64,000 bases of DNA, taken from a bacterium. GTDB taxonomy: Bacteria; UBA8248. Positions within the stretch are counted from its first letter, which is position 1; the number at the start of each line of letters is the position of its first letter. Positions 38,320 through 47,131 of this stretch are shown piece by piece. The stretch spans positions 1,984,001 to 2,048,000 of the forward strand of contig OZ242260.1 of the NCBI GenBank assembly GCA_965207065.1, written 5' to 3'. The notes beneath the pieces are model-generated. The model did not search any database. It had not been told where the DNA came from and saw only the letters and a program-made list of their open reading frames with translations. The position numbers were made by a program, and so were the translations under genes.

Positions 38320-40356
38320 ATGAACGGGGAATCCATGTACCGGGAAATTAGCGGGGAAATAGACCCCATAACCCTGGAAGTCATCAACGAGTCCTTCGTC
38401 GCCGTCGTCCGGGAGATGCGCGCGAACATGGTGCGCACGGCGTATTCCTCCATCATCTACGAGGGGCACGATTTCTCCTGCGTGCTCGTGGACGGCGAGG
38501 GCCAACTCGTCGCCATGGCGGAGGACAACCCCGTCCACATCTTCCCGGTGCCGATGGAAGTCGGCCAGATGCTGGAGCGGTTCAGGGGCGATATCCACCC
38601 GGGCGACGTTTTCATCCACAACGACCCCTATACGGGCGGAACGCACCTGAACGACGTGGCGATCATCTCGCCCCTGTTCCATGGCGGGGAAATGGCGGTC
38701 TACCCCGTCGTCCGCGCCCACTGGGGGGACGTGGGCGGCACGACGCCGGGGAGTATTTCCGGGAAGAACACCGAGATTCTCCACGACGGGGTGCGTATTC
38801 CCATTTTAAGGATCATCGAGAAGGGGAAGCTCAACGAGGGGATTCTCGACCTTCTCCTGCACAACATGCGGGTTCCCGAGGAGCGGCGCGGGGATTTCTT
38901 CGCCATGCTGGCCACATGCCATACCGCTCACAAGCGGCTGGATGAGCTGGCCGCGAAATACGGTTGGGGCGTCATCCTCGCCGCGAAGGATCGCCTCCTC
39001 GAACGCGCCGAAACCTCCATGCGGCGCAGAATCGCCGCCCTGCCCGACGGGGAATCCACTTATGAGCATTTCATGGATCACGACGGGCATTCGCTCACGC
39101 CGATACGCATCCGTGTAAGAGTCGAGAAAACGGGTGATGAGCTGATAGTTGATTTTCACGGAACCGACCCGCAGACGAAAGGGGCCTACAACGTGGGTCC
39201 CGCCATGGCTCCATCCGCTGCTTTCAGCGTCATCAAGGCGTTCCTGGACCCCAAAGGCGCTATCAACCACGGGGCCTTTCGTCCGCTCAACATCGAGGTC
39301 GAGCCCGGCTCGCTGCTATCGGCGCGATATCCGGCGAGTTGCGCGGGCTCGATGGAAGTGAGCCACGCCGTGGTCTCCGCTTTGATCGGCGCCACAGCGC
39401 GCTTCGCGTCAGAAGTCGTGACGGGCGATCTCAAGGGCACGTCGAACCACGTCTATATCGGAGGGCGGGATGCGCGAAACGGGGAGCCGTTTCTCTTCTA
39501 TGAGTTTCCGGCGGGCGGCACGGGCGGCTTCGCCGAGAGCGACGGCAACAACGCCACGCGCAATTTCACGGAAGGGGACTTCGCCTCCATTCAATCGGTC
39601 GAGGTCATCGAGCAGGGCCAGCCGCTCAGGATAAGGGAACTCTCCCTGCGTGCGGATTCGGGCGGAGCCGGCGACCACAGAGGCGGGCTGGGCCTGCACC
39701 GCGAGGTGGAGGTACTGGCCGAGAACGCGCTGCTCTCGATTTCCTCGGATAAGAACGTCATCCCGCCCTTCGGCGTCCTCGGCGGCGGGCCGGGGAAGCC
39801 CAACGGCTTCAGTGTCGCGCGGGGAGGGGAGACCCTGGCGCCTTCCGAGACGCCGGGAAAGGCTGCGGGTTTTCCGCTTGAGCGGGGCGACGTTTTCGTC
39901 ATGGAGACCTCGGGCGGCGGCGGTTTCGGCGACCCGTTTCAGCGGGATATCGAGTCGGTTCTCGCCGACGTGCGTGCGGGCTATGTGAGCGTGGAGGGAG
40001 CGAGGGAGGAATACGCCGTCATCGTGCAAGACGGCGCCCTGGATGAGGAGGCCACGCAAGCGCGCAGGCAGGCCGCCCGGGCGGCGAGGCGCGCGGTGAC
40101 TCTCGTTCACAGAGATGAAAAAGCCCGCGAAGATTCCCGCCGCAGGTGCTATATGAATCCAGCGACGATGGCGGGGCGGGGTCTTCACGAAGGGGGTCTG
40201 GTCGAGTTGCGCGGTAAGTGGGGGGTGCCGCTTCGCGCATGGATGGAAGCGGACGATGCGCTGCCCGAGAACGCGGCGGGTCTGGGCGCAGACGGGTTGG
40301 CCATACTCGACGCCGAAGCGGGAGACGGCGTCTTTCTATCTCCTGTGGTCATGTAA
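38320..40356 (+). CDS. Hydantoinase B / oxoprolinase family protein with C-terminal extension
   Basis: RTAYSSIIYEGHDFS, NDPYTGGTHLND, AHWGDVGG, DSGGAGDHRGGLG, GGGGFGDP. Confidence 0.9.
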   Translation: MNGESMYREISGEIDPITLEVINESFVAVVREMRANMVRTAYSSIIYEGHDFSCVLVDGEGQLVAMAEDNPVHIFPVPMEVGQMLERFRGDIHPGDVFIHNDPYTGGTHLNDVAIISPLFHGGEMAVYPVVRAHWGDVGGTTPGSISGKNTEILHDGVRIPILRIIEKGKLNEGILDLLLHNMRVPEERRGDFFAMLATCHTAHKRLDELAAKYGWGVILAAKDRLLERAETSMRRRIAALPDGESTYEHFMDHDGHSLTPIRIRVRVEKTGDELIVDFHGTDPQTKGAYNVGPAMAPSAAFSVIKAFLDPKGAINHGAFRPLNIEVEPGSLLSARYPASCAGSMEVSHAVVSALIGATARFASEVVTGDLKGTSNHVYIGGRDARNGEPFLFYEFPAGGTGGFAESDGNNATRNFTEGDFASIQSVEVIEQGQPLRIRELSLRADSGGAGDHRGGLGLHREVEVLAENALLSISSDKNVIPPFGVLGGGPGKPNGFSVARGGETLAPSETPGKAAGFPLERGDVFVMETSGGGGFGDPFQRDIESVLADVRAGYVSVEGAREEYAVIVQDGALDEEATQARRQAARAARRAVTLVHRDEKAREDSRRRCYMNPATMAGRGLHEGGLVELRGKWGVPLRAWMEADDALPENAAGLGADGLAILDAEAGDGVFLSPVVM

Positions 40357-40402
40357 GCCGTGCGGATATTCCGGGATTATATTCGATGCTTGACGAAGAT
40401 GA

Positions 40403-41029
40403 TTATTGTCTTTGAAGCAGAACCTGCAAGGCCTCGGTCGACTCTCTGCCTTGCGCTACAGTAAGTCGAAGGGCTTCGCTGGATTCTCTGCGTTCTTTTC
40501 TGCCTTCCTCGATGAAATCCCGGAACGCCGACCGTGACTCCCTGGTTTCTTCGATGAGTGTACTCAGAGCTTCGCTGGATTCTCTGCGCTGTTCCCTGCC
40601 TTCCTCTATGAATTTTCTCCAGGCTTCGCCGGATTCTTTGCGTTCTTTTTTGCTTTCTTCGATGAAATCCCGGAACGCCGACCGTGACTCCCTGGTTTCT
40701 TCGATGAGTGTACTCAGAGCTTCGCTGGATTCTCTACGCTGTTCCTTGCCTTCCTCTATGAATTTTCTCCAGGCTTCGCCGGATTCTTTGCGTTCTTTTT
40801 TGCTTTCTTCGATGAAATCTTTGAATGCCGCCCTGGATTCCCTGCCTTCCTCGATGAGTTCCCTAAGCGCCGCGGAATTTTCGTCCTGTTGTTTGGATCG
40901 GACCCAGTTGCCCCAGAGCATAGCGGCGATCCCACTGCCTATCAGGAGGCATTGCAACCCTCCGACGATAGCGACAACCCAGATATTCAATTCCATTAAT
41001 GCTAATGATGCTGCTTGAAATTCCGTCAT
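40403..41029 (-). CDS. Orphan single-TM protein with tandem coiled-coil repeats
   Basis: RBS GAGGAG, own sigma70-like promoter, N-terminal hydrophobic helix, 50-aa repeats kept in frame. Confidence 0.75.
   Translation of the reverse strand: MTEFQAASLALMELNIWVVAIVGGLQCLLIGSGIAAMLWGNWVRSKQQDENSAALRELIEEGRESRAAFKDFIEESKKERKESGEAWRKFIEEGKEQRRESSEALSTLIEETRESRSAFRDFIEESKKERKESGEAWRKFIEEGREQRRESSEALSTLIEETRESRSAFRDFIEEGRKERRESSEALRLTVAQGRESTEALQVLLQRQ
40511..40860. repeat. 150-bp intragenic tandem repeat (2 near-identical copies plus a diverged partial)
   Basis: GATGAAATC begins at 40511, 40661 and 40811. The first two copies differ at only a few bases. Confidence 0.95.
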
Positions 41030-41094
41030 TTTCCACGCTCTCCTCAAGGACTCGAGTTTATCTTTCGGGTCCTCTGGAACGATCGTACAATAAA

Positions 41095-41123
41095 ATCATA
41101 TCGTTTTACGGCGATTGTTTCAA
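41095..41123 (-). promoter_or_regulatory. Sigma70-type promoter of the repeat gene
   Basis: Minus-strand TTGAAA-N17-TATGAT. Confidence 0.65.
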
Positions 41124-41263
41124 CTTGATCTTGGCGGGATTGGGCGTCATATTCCACCAGAAAATTCAACTGGAAGGCGAGTAATCTCCCAAGAACCTTT
41201 GGATGGCTCACGAACCCATGTATCATCGTCCTTTGCATCTTCTTTAACAGGAAGGCTGCTTCA

Positions 41264-43288
41264 TTGAGTCTCGTCGGCATAGACACCGGAGGAACCTTCA
41301 CCGACCTCGTTTTCTACGATGAGGACGAGAAGCGAATAGAGGTTTCCAAGATTCCCACGCTTCGCGGGAGAGAAGACGCCGTTTTTCTCGAAGGCGTCGA
41401 GAGTCTCGACCTCTCCGGCATCGAGCGGATCACGCACGGCACCACCGTCGGCACCAACGCGATACTCGAAGGCGCGGGCGCGCGCACCGCTGTCTTGACG
41501 ACGCGCGGCTTCCGCGACGTTCTGGAGATTGGCCGGACGCAGCGCCTCGTTCCCCAGAGCCTGTTCGACCCGAAATTCATCCGGCCCAGGCCTATTGTTC
41601 CCCGAGAGATGCGGCTCGAAATCGAAGAGCGCGCACTGGCCGATGGGCGGATAGAAGTCCATGTGGGAGAAGCGCAGGTCGAGGAGCAGGCCGAACACTT
41701 GAAGCGCCTGGGCGCGGAAGCCCTCGCCATCTGCTATCTGCACGCCTACGCCAATGGAGAGAACGAAAAGCGTACGGCGGTGTATCTCGAGAAATTATTG
41801 CCTGAGGTCTATCTCTCCCTCTCCCACGAGGTCGTGCCCGAATACCGCGAGTTCGAGCGTTTCTCCACGGCGGCCCTGAACGCCTATCTCGGCCCCAAGA
41901 TCAAGAACTACATCGGCCGCCTGGAGGAGGCGCTTAAAGATAAGGGATGCAGCGCGCCCCTTTTTATTATGGCTTCTGGCGGCGGGATGCTCGACGCGGA
42001 GCGGGCGGCGCGGTACCCCGTTCGCACGATACTCTCCGGTCCTGCGGGCGGCGTCGTAGGCGGGGTGTCGGTCGCGGAGTCGATGGGTCTCGATCACCTC
42101 ATCACCTACGACATGGGAGGCACCAGCACGGACGTATGCCTCATCCGCGATCGCCGGCCTATCGTCAGCACGGAGAACACCATCGGCGCGTATCCGCTCA
42201 AGACCGCCCAACTTCAGATCAACACTGTGGGCGCAGGCGGGGGGAGCATCGCCTGGCGCGATGAGGACGGCGCGCTTCACGTGGGGCCAAAGAGCGCGGG
42301 CGCGCGCCCGGGGCCGGCCTGTTACGGGTTCGGCGGCGAGGAGCCGACGGTGACGGACGCGAACGTCGCCCTCTCGCGCATCGGGCCGCGCACCCAGCTG
42401 GCCGGAGGGCTGGAACTCCACCCCGAAAAGGCGGTGAGCGCTCTCGAATTGCTGGCCGGGGAGATGGGGATTTCAGGCGCCGTTTCAATGGCGCGCGGGG
42501 TGATCGACCTCGCCGTCATGAGGATGGTGAGTTCGATTCGCGAGATTTCCATCGAGCGCGGCTTCGACCCGAGGGAGCACACTCTGCTCGCCTACGGGGG
42601 CGCGGGGCCGCTGCACGCCGCCCTGATAGCGAGGGAGCTCTCCATGTCGAGCGTCGTCGTGCCGCGCTTTCCGGGGAATTTCTCCGCCGTCGGTCTTCTC
42701 ATGGCGGACGCCGTGCAGGAGAACGTCGGGACGTGCTTCGTTGCTTTGGAAGATGCGCAGGAAAGCGCTCTCGGTCACATTTTCGAGAATCTTGAAGCTC
42801 CCTGCGCCGAGCAGTTGCGCGGGGCCGGATTGAGTGAAATCGAGACGTTCCGTTTCGCAGACGTCCGCTATGTCGGACAGGCGTTCGAACTCACGATTCC
42901 GGTCCCTGAATCGAAGGGCTGGCTTGAGGCACTGGGCGGGGATTTCCACACCCGCTACGAGGCGCGCTACGGACATTGCCATCCGGGCGACCCTCTGGAG
43001 ATCGTGAACCTGCGGGTGCGGGTCTCGGGCATGGTGGACAAGCTCAAGTGGGTGAAAGTGGAAAATCCCGGAGGCGGGCTGAATGACGCGCTGGTGGAGC
43101 GCAGATGCGTCGTGTTCGAGGAGGAAGTTCCCGATTGTCCCGTATACCGGCGCGATTCCCTCCCTTCGGTCACGGAAATTGGCGGACCAGCAGTAATCGA
43201 GGAATACGGCTCGAATACCCTCGTACCCCCCGGCTGGACAGCGAGTCAGGACGCCTGTGGACATCTTCACCTGAGCGCATCGGGCTGA
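41264..43288 (+). CDS. Hydantoinase A / oxoprolinase family ATP-dependent subunit
   Basis: GIDTGGTFTD, HGTTVGTNA, LSGPAGG, DMGGTSTDV, GAGGGSI, PTVTDAN. Confidence 0.92.
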   Translation: MSLVGIDTGGTFTDLVFYDEDEKRIEVSKIPTLRGREDAVFLEGVESLDLSGIERITHGTTVGTNAILEGAGARTAVLTTRGFRDVLEIGRTQRLVPQSLFDPKFIRPRPIVPREMRLEIEERALADGRIEVHVGEAQVEEQAEHLKRLGAEALAICYLHAYANGENEKRTAVYLEKLLPEVYLSLSHEVVPEYREFERFSTAALNAYLGPKIKNYIGRLEEALKDKGCSAPLFIMASGGGMLDAERAARYPVRTILSGPAGGVVGGVSVAESMGLDHLITYDMGGTSTDVCLIRDRRPIVSTENTIGAYPLKTAQLQINTVGAGGGSIAWRDEDGALHVGPKSAGARPGPACYGFGGEEPTVTDANVALSRIGPRTQLAGGLELHPEKAVSALELLAGEMGISGAVSMARGVIDLAVMRMVSSIREISIERGFDPREHTLLAYGGAGPLHAALIARELSMSSVVVPRFPGNFSAVGLLMADAVQENVGTCFVALEDAQESALGHIFENLEAPCAEQLRGAGLSEIETFRFADVRYVGQAFELTIPVPESKGWLEALGGDFHTRYEARYGHCHPGDPLEIVNLRVRVSGMVDKLKWVKVENPGGGLNDALVERRCVVFEEEVPDCPVYRRDSLPSVTEIGGPAVIEEYGSNTLVPPGWTASQDACGHLHLSASG

Positions 43289-43306
43289 ATTGTATTAAGG
43301 ATCCCC

Positions 43307-44272
43307 ATGAACGAAGCGGTGAAATACGGATACGGCTACGGAATGCAGCCGGGGGATGTCCCCACTCATTCCGATTTTCTGGGCTTCATCGAGAAGGTGG
43401 AAGGAGCGGGCTTCGATTCTTTCTGGATGGACGATCACATCGCGTTTCGCGGCAATTTCCTGGAAAGCCTCGCCGCTCTCGCCGCCGCTGCGGCCAGAAC
43501 CGAGCGCATCGTTCTCGGAAGCCTTGTGTATCTCCTGCCTTTGAGACGCCCCGCCATTGCGGCGAAGGCGGCGGCCACGGTGGATTACCTGAGCGGGGGC
43601 GGGCGCTTCATCTTCGGTGTGGGCGTAGGCGGTGAGGAAGAGAAGGAGTTCGAGGTTTGCGGCGTGCCCAAGACGGAGCGCGGCGCGCGCACGGATGAGG
43701 CGATCGAGGTGTTGCGCAAGTTGTGGTCGGGAGAGGCCGTGAGTCACGAGGGGAGATACTTTCGATTCTCGGATGCGCGGCAAAGCCCACCGCCCGCAAG
43801 TCCGGGCGGCCCGCCGATCTGGGTGGGCGGCAGGAGCGAGGCCGCGCAAAGGCGTGCTGCTCTACTGGCGGACGGCTACGCGCCTTATCTGTATTCTCCC
43901 TCTCGATATGAGAAGGCCTTGAGCCAGATTCACCGTTTCGCTGCGGAGGCGGGATGCGCGCTCGACGACCCGCAAAGACCCTGGACACCCGCGCTTCACC
44001 TGTTCATAAATATGCGCGAAAAAGAAGACGAAGCGCTCGATGAGGGTGCGAGGAATCTCTCGATGCGGTATGGGATGGATATGCGCGAGGCGGCGAAGAG
44101 ATACCTGCTCCACGGCTCGGTTGCGCGTTGCACCGAGCGAATCGGTGCGTACCGGAAGGCGGGCGTCCGGCACTTCATCTTCAAGGCGGCGGCGTCCGCA
44201 GGTGAGGAGGCGGAACATATGATGCGGCTGGCAGAAGAACTCCTGCCCGAGGTGAAGCGCCATGCCGGCTGA
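43307..44272 (+). CDS. LLM-class (luciferase-like) flavin-dependent oxidoreductase
   Basis: GFDSFWMDDH, AAARTERIVLG, LSGGGRFIFGVGVG, PPIWVGG. Confidence 0.9.
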   Translation: MNEAVKYGYGYGMQPGDVPTHSDFLGFIEKVEGAGFDSFWMDDHIAFRGNFLESLAALAAAAARTERIVLGSLVYLLPLRRPAIAAKAAATVDYLSGGGRFIFGVGVGGEEEKEFEVCGVPKTERGARTDEAIEVLRKLWSGEAVSHEGRYFRFSDARQSPPPASPGGPPIWVGGRSEAAQRRAALLADGYAPYLYSPSRYEKALSQIHRFAAEAGCALDDPQRPWTPALHLFINMREKEDEALDEGARNLSMRYGMDMREAAKRYLLHGSVARCTERIGAYRKAGVRHFIFKAAASAGEEAEHMMRLAEELLPEVKRHAG

Positions 44273-45932
44273 GGCAAGCGGGCACGTCGATACATTCGCG
44301 CGGGACAACCTGCCGCCGAGATCACTCTGGCCGGAGATGGACTACGGCGTTCTGCCGGAGCTTGCAGCCTATCCGGCGCGAATCAATGCAGGCGCCGTTC
44401 TCATCGACGAGATGGCCCAGGGCGCGCAGGCCGAGCGTCCTGCGATTTATTTTGGTGAGGCGCTTTGGAGCTACCGCGCGCTATTGGAGAACGCGGGCCG
44501 CATTGCCTCCGTGCTGACGGAGCGGTTCGGCCTCGTGCCGGGTAATCGCGTGCTTCTGCGCGCCTCGAACCATCCCACCCTCGTGGCCGCGTGTCTCGCC
44601 GTCTTGAAGGCGGGCGGAGTCGTGATTCCGACCATGCCCGTCATGCGCGAGCGAGAACTGTCCTACGTGCTGGGTAAAGCGCAGGTCGGTTTCGCCATTT
44701 GCGACGAAAAACTGAGCGAGGACTTGCTCGCCGCTGCCAGATCTTCCGAATCCCTGGAACACGTCGTCTTGTTCGGGGCAGATGAGCCGGAGGGCCTCGA
44801 AGCCTTGATGGCCGAAGCCTCGCCCAAATTCCCGAACGCCGATACGGCGGCGGACGACGTGGCTCTCATCGGTTTCACCTCGGGCTCCACCGGTACGCCC
44901 AAAGGCACGGTGCATTTCCACCGCGACCTGCTCGCCGTTGCGGATACGTTTCCCAAATACCTCTTCGGTCTGGGGCCTGATGACGTCGTATGCGGCAGCC
45001 CGCAGATCGCCTTTTTGTACGGGTTTTGCGCCTTCATCACCGACGCCTTGCGCTTCGGGGCCTCTTCGGCTCTGCTCGAGCGGGGTACGCCGCGCGACCT
45101 GCTCGAAGCGGTCGAGAGATACAAGGGGACGGTGTGCTTCAGCACGCCATCGGGCTACAAGCAGATGCTCGACATTGCAGACGGATACGACCTCGGCAGC
45201 CTGCGCGCCTGCATCGCGGGGGGAGAGCCGCTCGAGCCTTCGGTGTTCCGGGAATGGCGCGAGCGAACGGGGGTTTCGATCATCAACGGCCTCGGCATCT
45301 CGGAGCTTTTGCACATATTCATCTCGGCAAGCGGTGCGGATATTCGCCCCGGCAAGATAGGCCGCGCGGCGCCCGGCTACGAGGTGCGCGTGGTGGATGA
45401 GGAGATGCGCGACACGCCGCCCGGCGAGGTGGGGCAGATGATCGTCAAGGGCCCCACCGGGTGCCGCTACCTCGATGACCTCGAGCGCCAGCGGAACTAC
45501 GTGCGGGACGGCTGGAACATGACGGGCGACCTCTGCCGCGTGGATGAGGAAGGGTACATCTCCTTCGAGGCGCGAACCGACGACATGATCAACACCGGGG
45601 GATACAACGTCTCGGGCCTGGAAGTCGAGGCCGTGCTGCTTGAACACGCAAAAGTGCGCGAGTGCGCGGTGGTCGGCTCGCCGAACGCAGAGCGCGGGGA
45701 GATCGTGAAGGCCTTCGTCGTTCTCACGGGAGGCGCAGGAGCAGGTTCTGAACACGCACAGGATGCGTTGGTCCAGGAGCTTCAGGATTTCGTGAAAGCG
45801 CAACTCGCGCCCTATAAATACCCGAGAGCGATGGAGTTCCTGGAATGCCTGCCCTTGACAGCCACTGGCAAGATACAACGGGGCGCACTTCGGAAGCTGG
45901 AAAAAGAGCGCGCGGAGGATGGGGCGGACTGA
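44262..45932 (+). CDS. Aryl-CoA ligase, 2-aminobenzoate-CoA ligase-like
   Basis: N-terminus SGHVDTFARDNLPP, FTSGSTGTPKGTVHFHRD, KGPTGCRYLDD, GWNMTGD, LAPYKYPR. These are hallmarks of the AbmG subfamily. Confidence 0.82.
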   Translation: MPAEASGHVDTFARDNLPPRSLWPEMDYGVLPELAAYPARINAGAVLIDEMAQGAQAERPAIYFGEALWSYRALLENAGRIASVLTERFGLVPGNRVLLRASNHPTLVAACLAVLKAGGVVIPTMPVMRERELSYVLGKAQVGFAICDEKLSEDLLAAARSSESLEHVVLFGADEPEGLEALMAEASPKFPNADTAADDVALIGFTSGSTGTPKGTVHFHRDLLAVADTFPKYLFGLGPDDVVCGSPQIAFLYGFCAFITDALRFGASSALLERGTPRDLLEAVERYKGTVCFSTPSGYKQMLDIADGYDLGSLRACIAGGEPLEPSVFREWRERTGVSIINGLGISELLHIFISASGADIRPGKIGRAAPGYEVRVVDEEMRDTPPGEVGQMIVKGPTGCRYLDDLERQRNYVRDGWNMTGDLCRVDEEGYISFEARTDDMINTGGYNVSGLEVEAVLLEHAKVRECAVVGSPNAERGEIVKAFVVLTGGAGAGSEHAQDALVQELQDFVKAQLAPYKYPRAMEFLECLPLTATGKIQRGALRKLEKERAEDGAD

Positions 45933-45948
45933 CGCATCATGCAGGCTT

Positions 45949-45985
45949 CACCGCCAAGGCGAGTTTCGCCCGGTGGTTTTTTGTT
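45949..45985 (+). terminator. Rho-independent terminator
   Basis: CACCGCC-AA-GGCGA-GTT-TCGCC-C-GGTGG-TTTTTTGTT. Confidence 0.7.
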
Positions 45986-46066
45986 CATCCGCAGAAATTC
46001 CGGTAGCGTCTCACTTTGAAAACAGGAACATCACAAAGGCGGGAATGAAACCGGCGGGTTCCGGCA

Positions 46067-46261
46067 TCAGCCTCCGGTTCGCTCGATGAGCTTCATTAGG
46101 GCAGTATGATTGTCGTTCAGGGTCTTCATGTTCTCTTCATGCTTTCGCTCGGAATCCACGGCTCTTGCATCGGTTCCTTTTCGCATCGCCCTAATTCCGT
46201 AAAATATCACTCCGAGGCCGATGTATTGCCCGATGAGGCTGTAGGATTCATACGAGGTCAT
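46067..46261 (-). CDS. Small (64 aa) single-TM coiled-coil orphan protein
   Basis: RBS GGAGAAAGG upstream. Has a TM segment and shares motifs with 40403..41029. Confidence 0.6.
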   Translation of the reverse strand: MTSYESYSLIGQYIGLGVIFYGIRAMRKGTDARAVDSERKHEENMKTLNDNHTALMKLIERTGG

Positions 46262-46501
46262 GCGCCTTTCTCCACCTCTTCGCCGCGCCGTTTTCGACCG
46301 TCACTTTGCGTCCGTCCGGCCTTTTCCGTCCATCGGGGTCCGTAGCCGTTTCGCTTCCCCCCGTTGACAGAATACCAAAGTCTCATAAGGTTTCGTATGG
46401 TGTCAAGACTATATTTGAACGAACAATAAAAAATACTCTGCCCGCGGCCGATAACTCCGGACGTCCCCATTCGCACGGAGAGTCCGCCAAGCGCCGTCGC
46501 C

Positions 46502-46762
46502 GTCATTCCGGCGCAGGTTGGAATGACGAATGAGGCGAAAAAGATCCGGGTGGACGGACGGATGGTAGGGACAGGCCTCCGTGCCTGTCCTGACGCCCCG
46601 ACAAAGGACAACCACGGAGGGTTGTCCCTACGGGGCAATCCCGTCTATGGCCATGCCCGGGTTCGTCATTACGGCGTCGGACCCGACCGATGCGGAAGGG
46701 TATGCCGGAATGACGAAAAAAGCCGCACTGTTTCGTAGGGACAGGTCGCGACCTGTCCCTAC
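46502..46762. repeat. Cluster of REP-like palindromes (GTAG and GTCATT families)
   Basis: GTCATTCC...GGAATGAC 46502-46527; GTAGGGACAGGCCTCCGTGCCTGTCC 46565-46590; GGACAACCACGGAGGGTTGTCCCTAC 46606-46631; GTCATTACGGC...GCCGGAATGAC ~46665-46714; perfect 28-bp palindrome 46735-46762. Confidence 0.85.
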
Positions 46763-47131
46763 AGTCCCCTCCCTGATCTGCTCCATACCCCGAATCACGA
46801 AATCAGGGCTTTTCAACAGCCCCCATCCGGGACGGGCTGACGCTTCCAGCCCCGTTGGTGGTTACGCCGTACGCTTCGTGGTTCTTTGCGGTCATGCCGG
46901 GAATCCTGTATAGGCTTCCTGAGTCTTGCGGCGGCTTTGGCAAACATGGTATTCTTTTCGCTCTTCATCATAAAATCATAAAGTTTCTTTCGGTATTGTC
47001 TTGTTGCGAGCAGGAGGAATCGAAGGAAAGTCATATCTTCCCGGTACACTGAGTGCGCCCCGCTCTTGGGGCGTTGATTGAGTCCATGACGCAAGCCGCG
47101 CATCCTGCGGCCCAGAGGGGAGGCTGAAATC

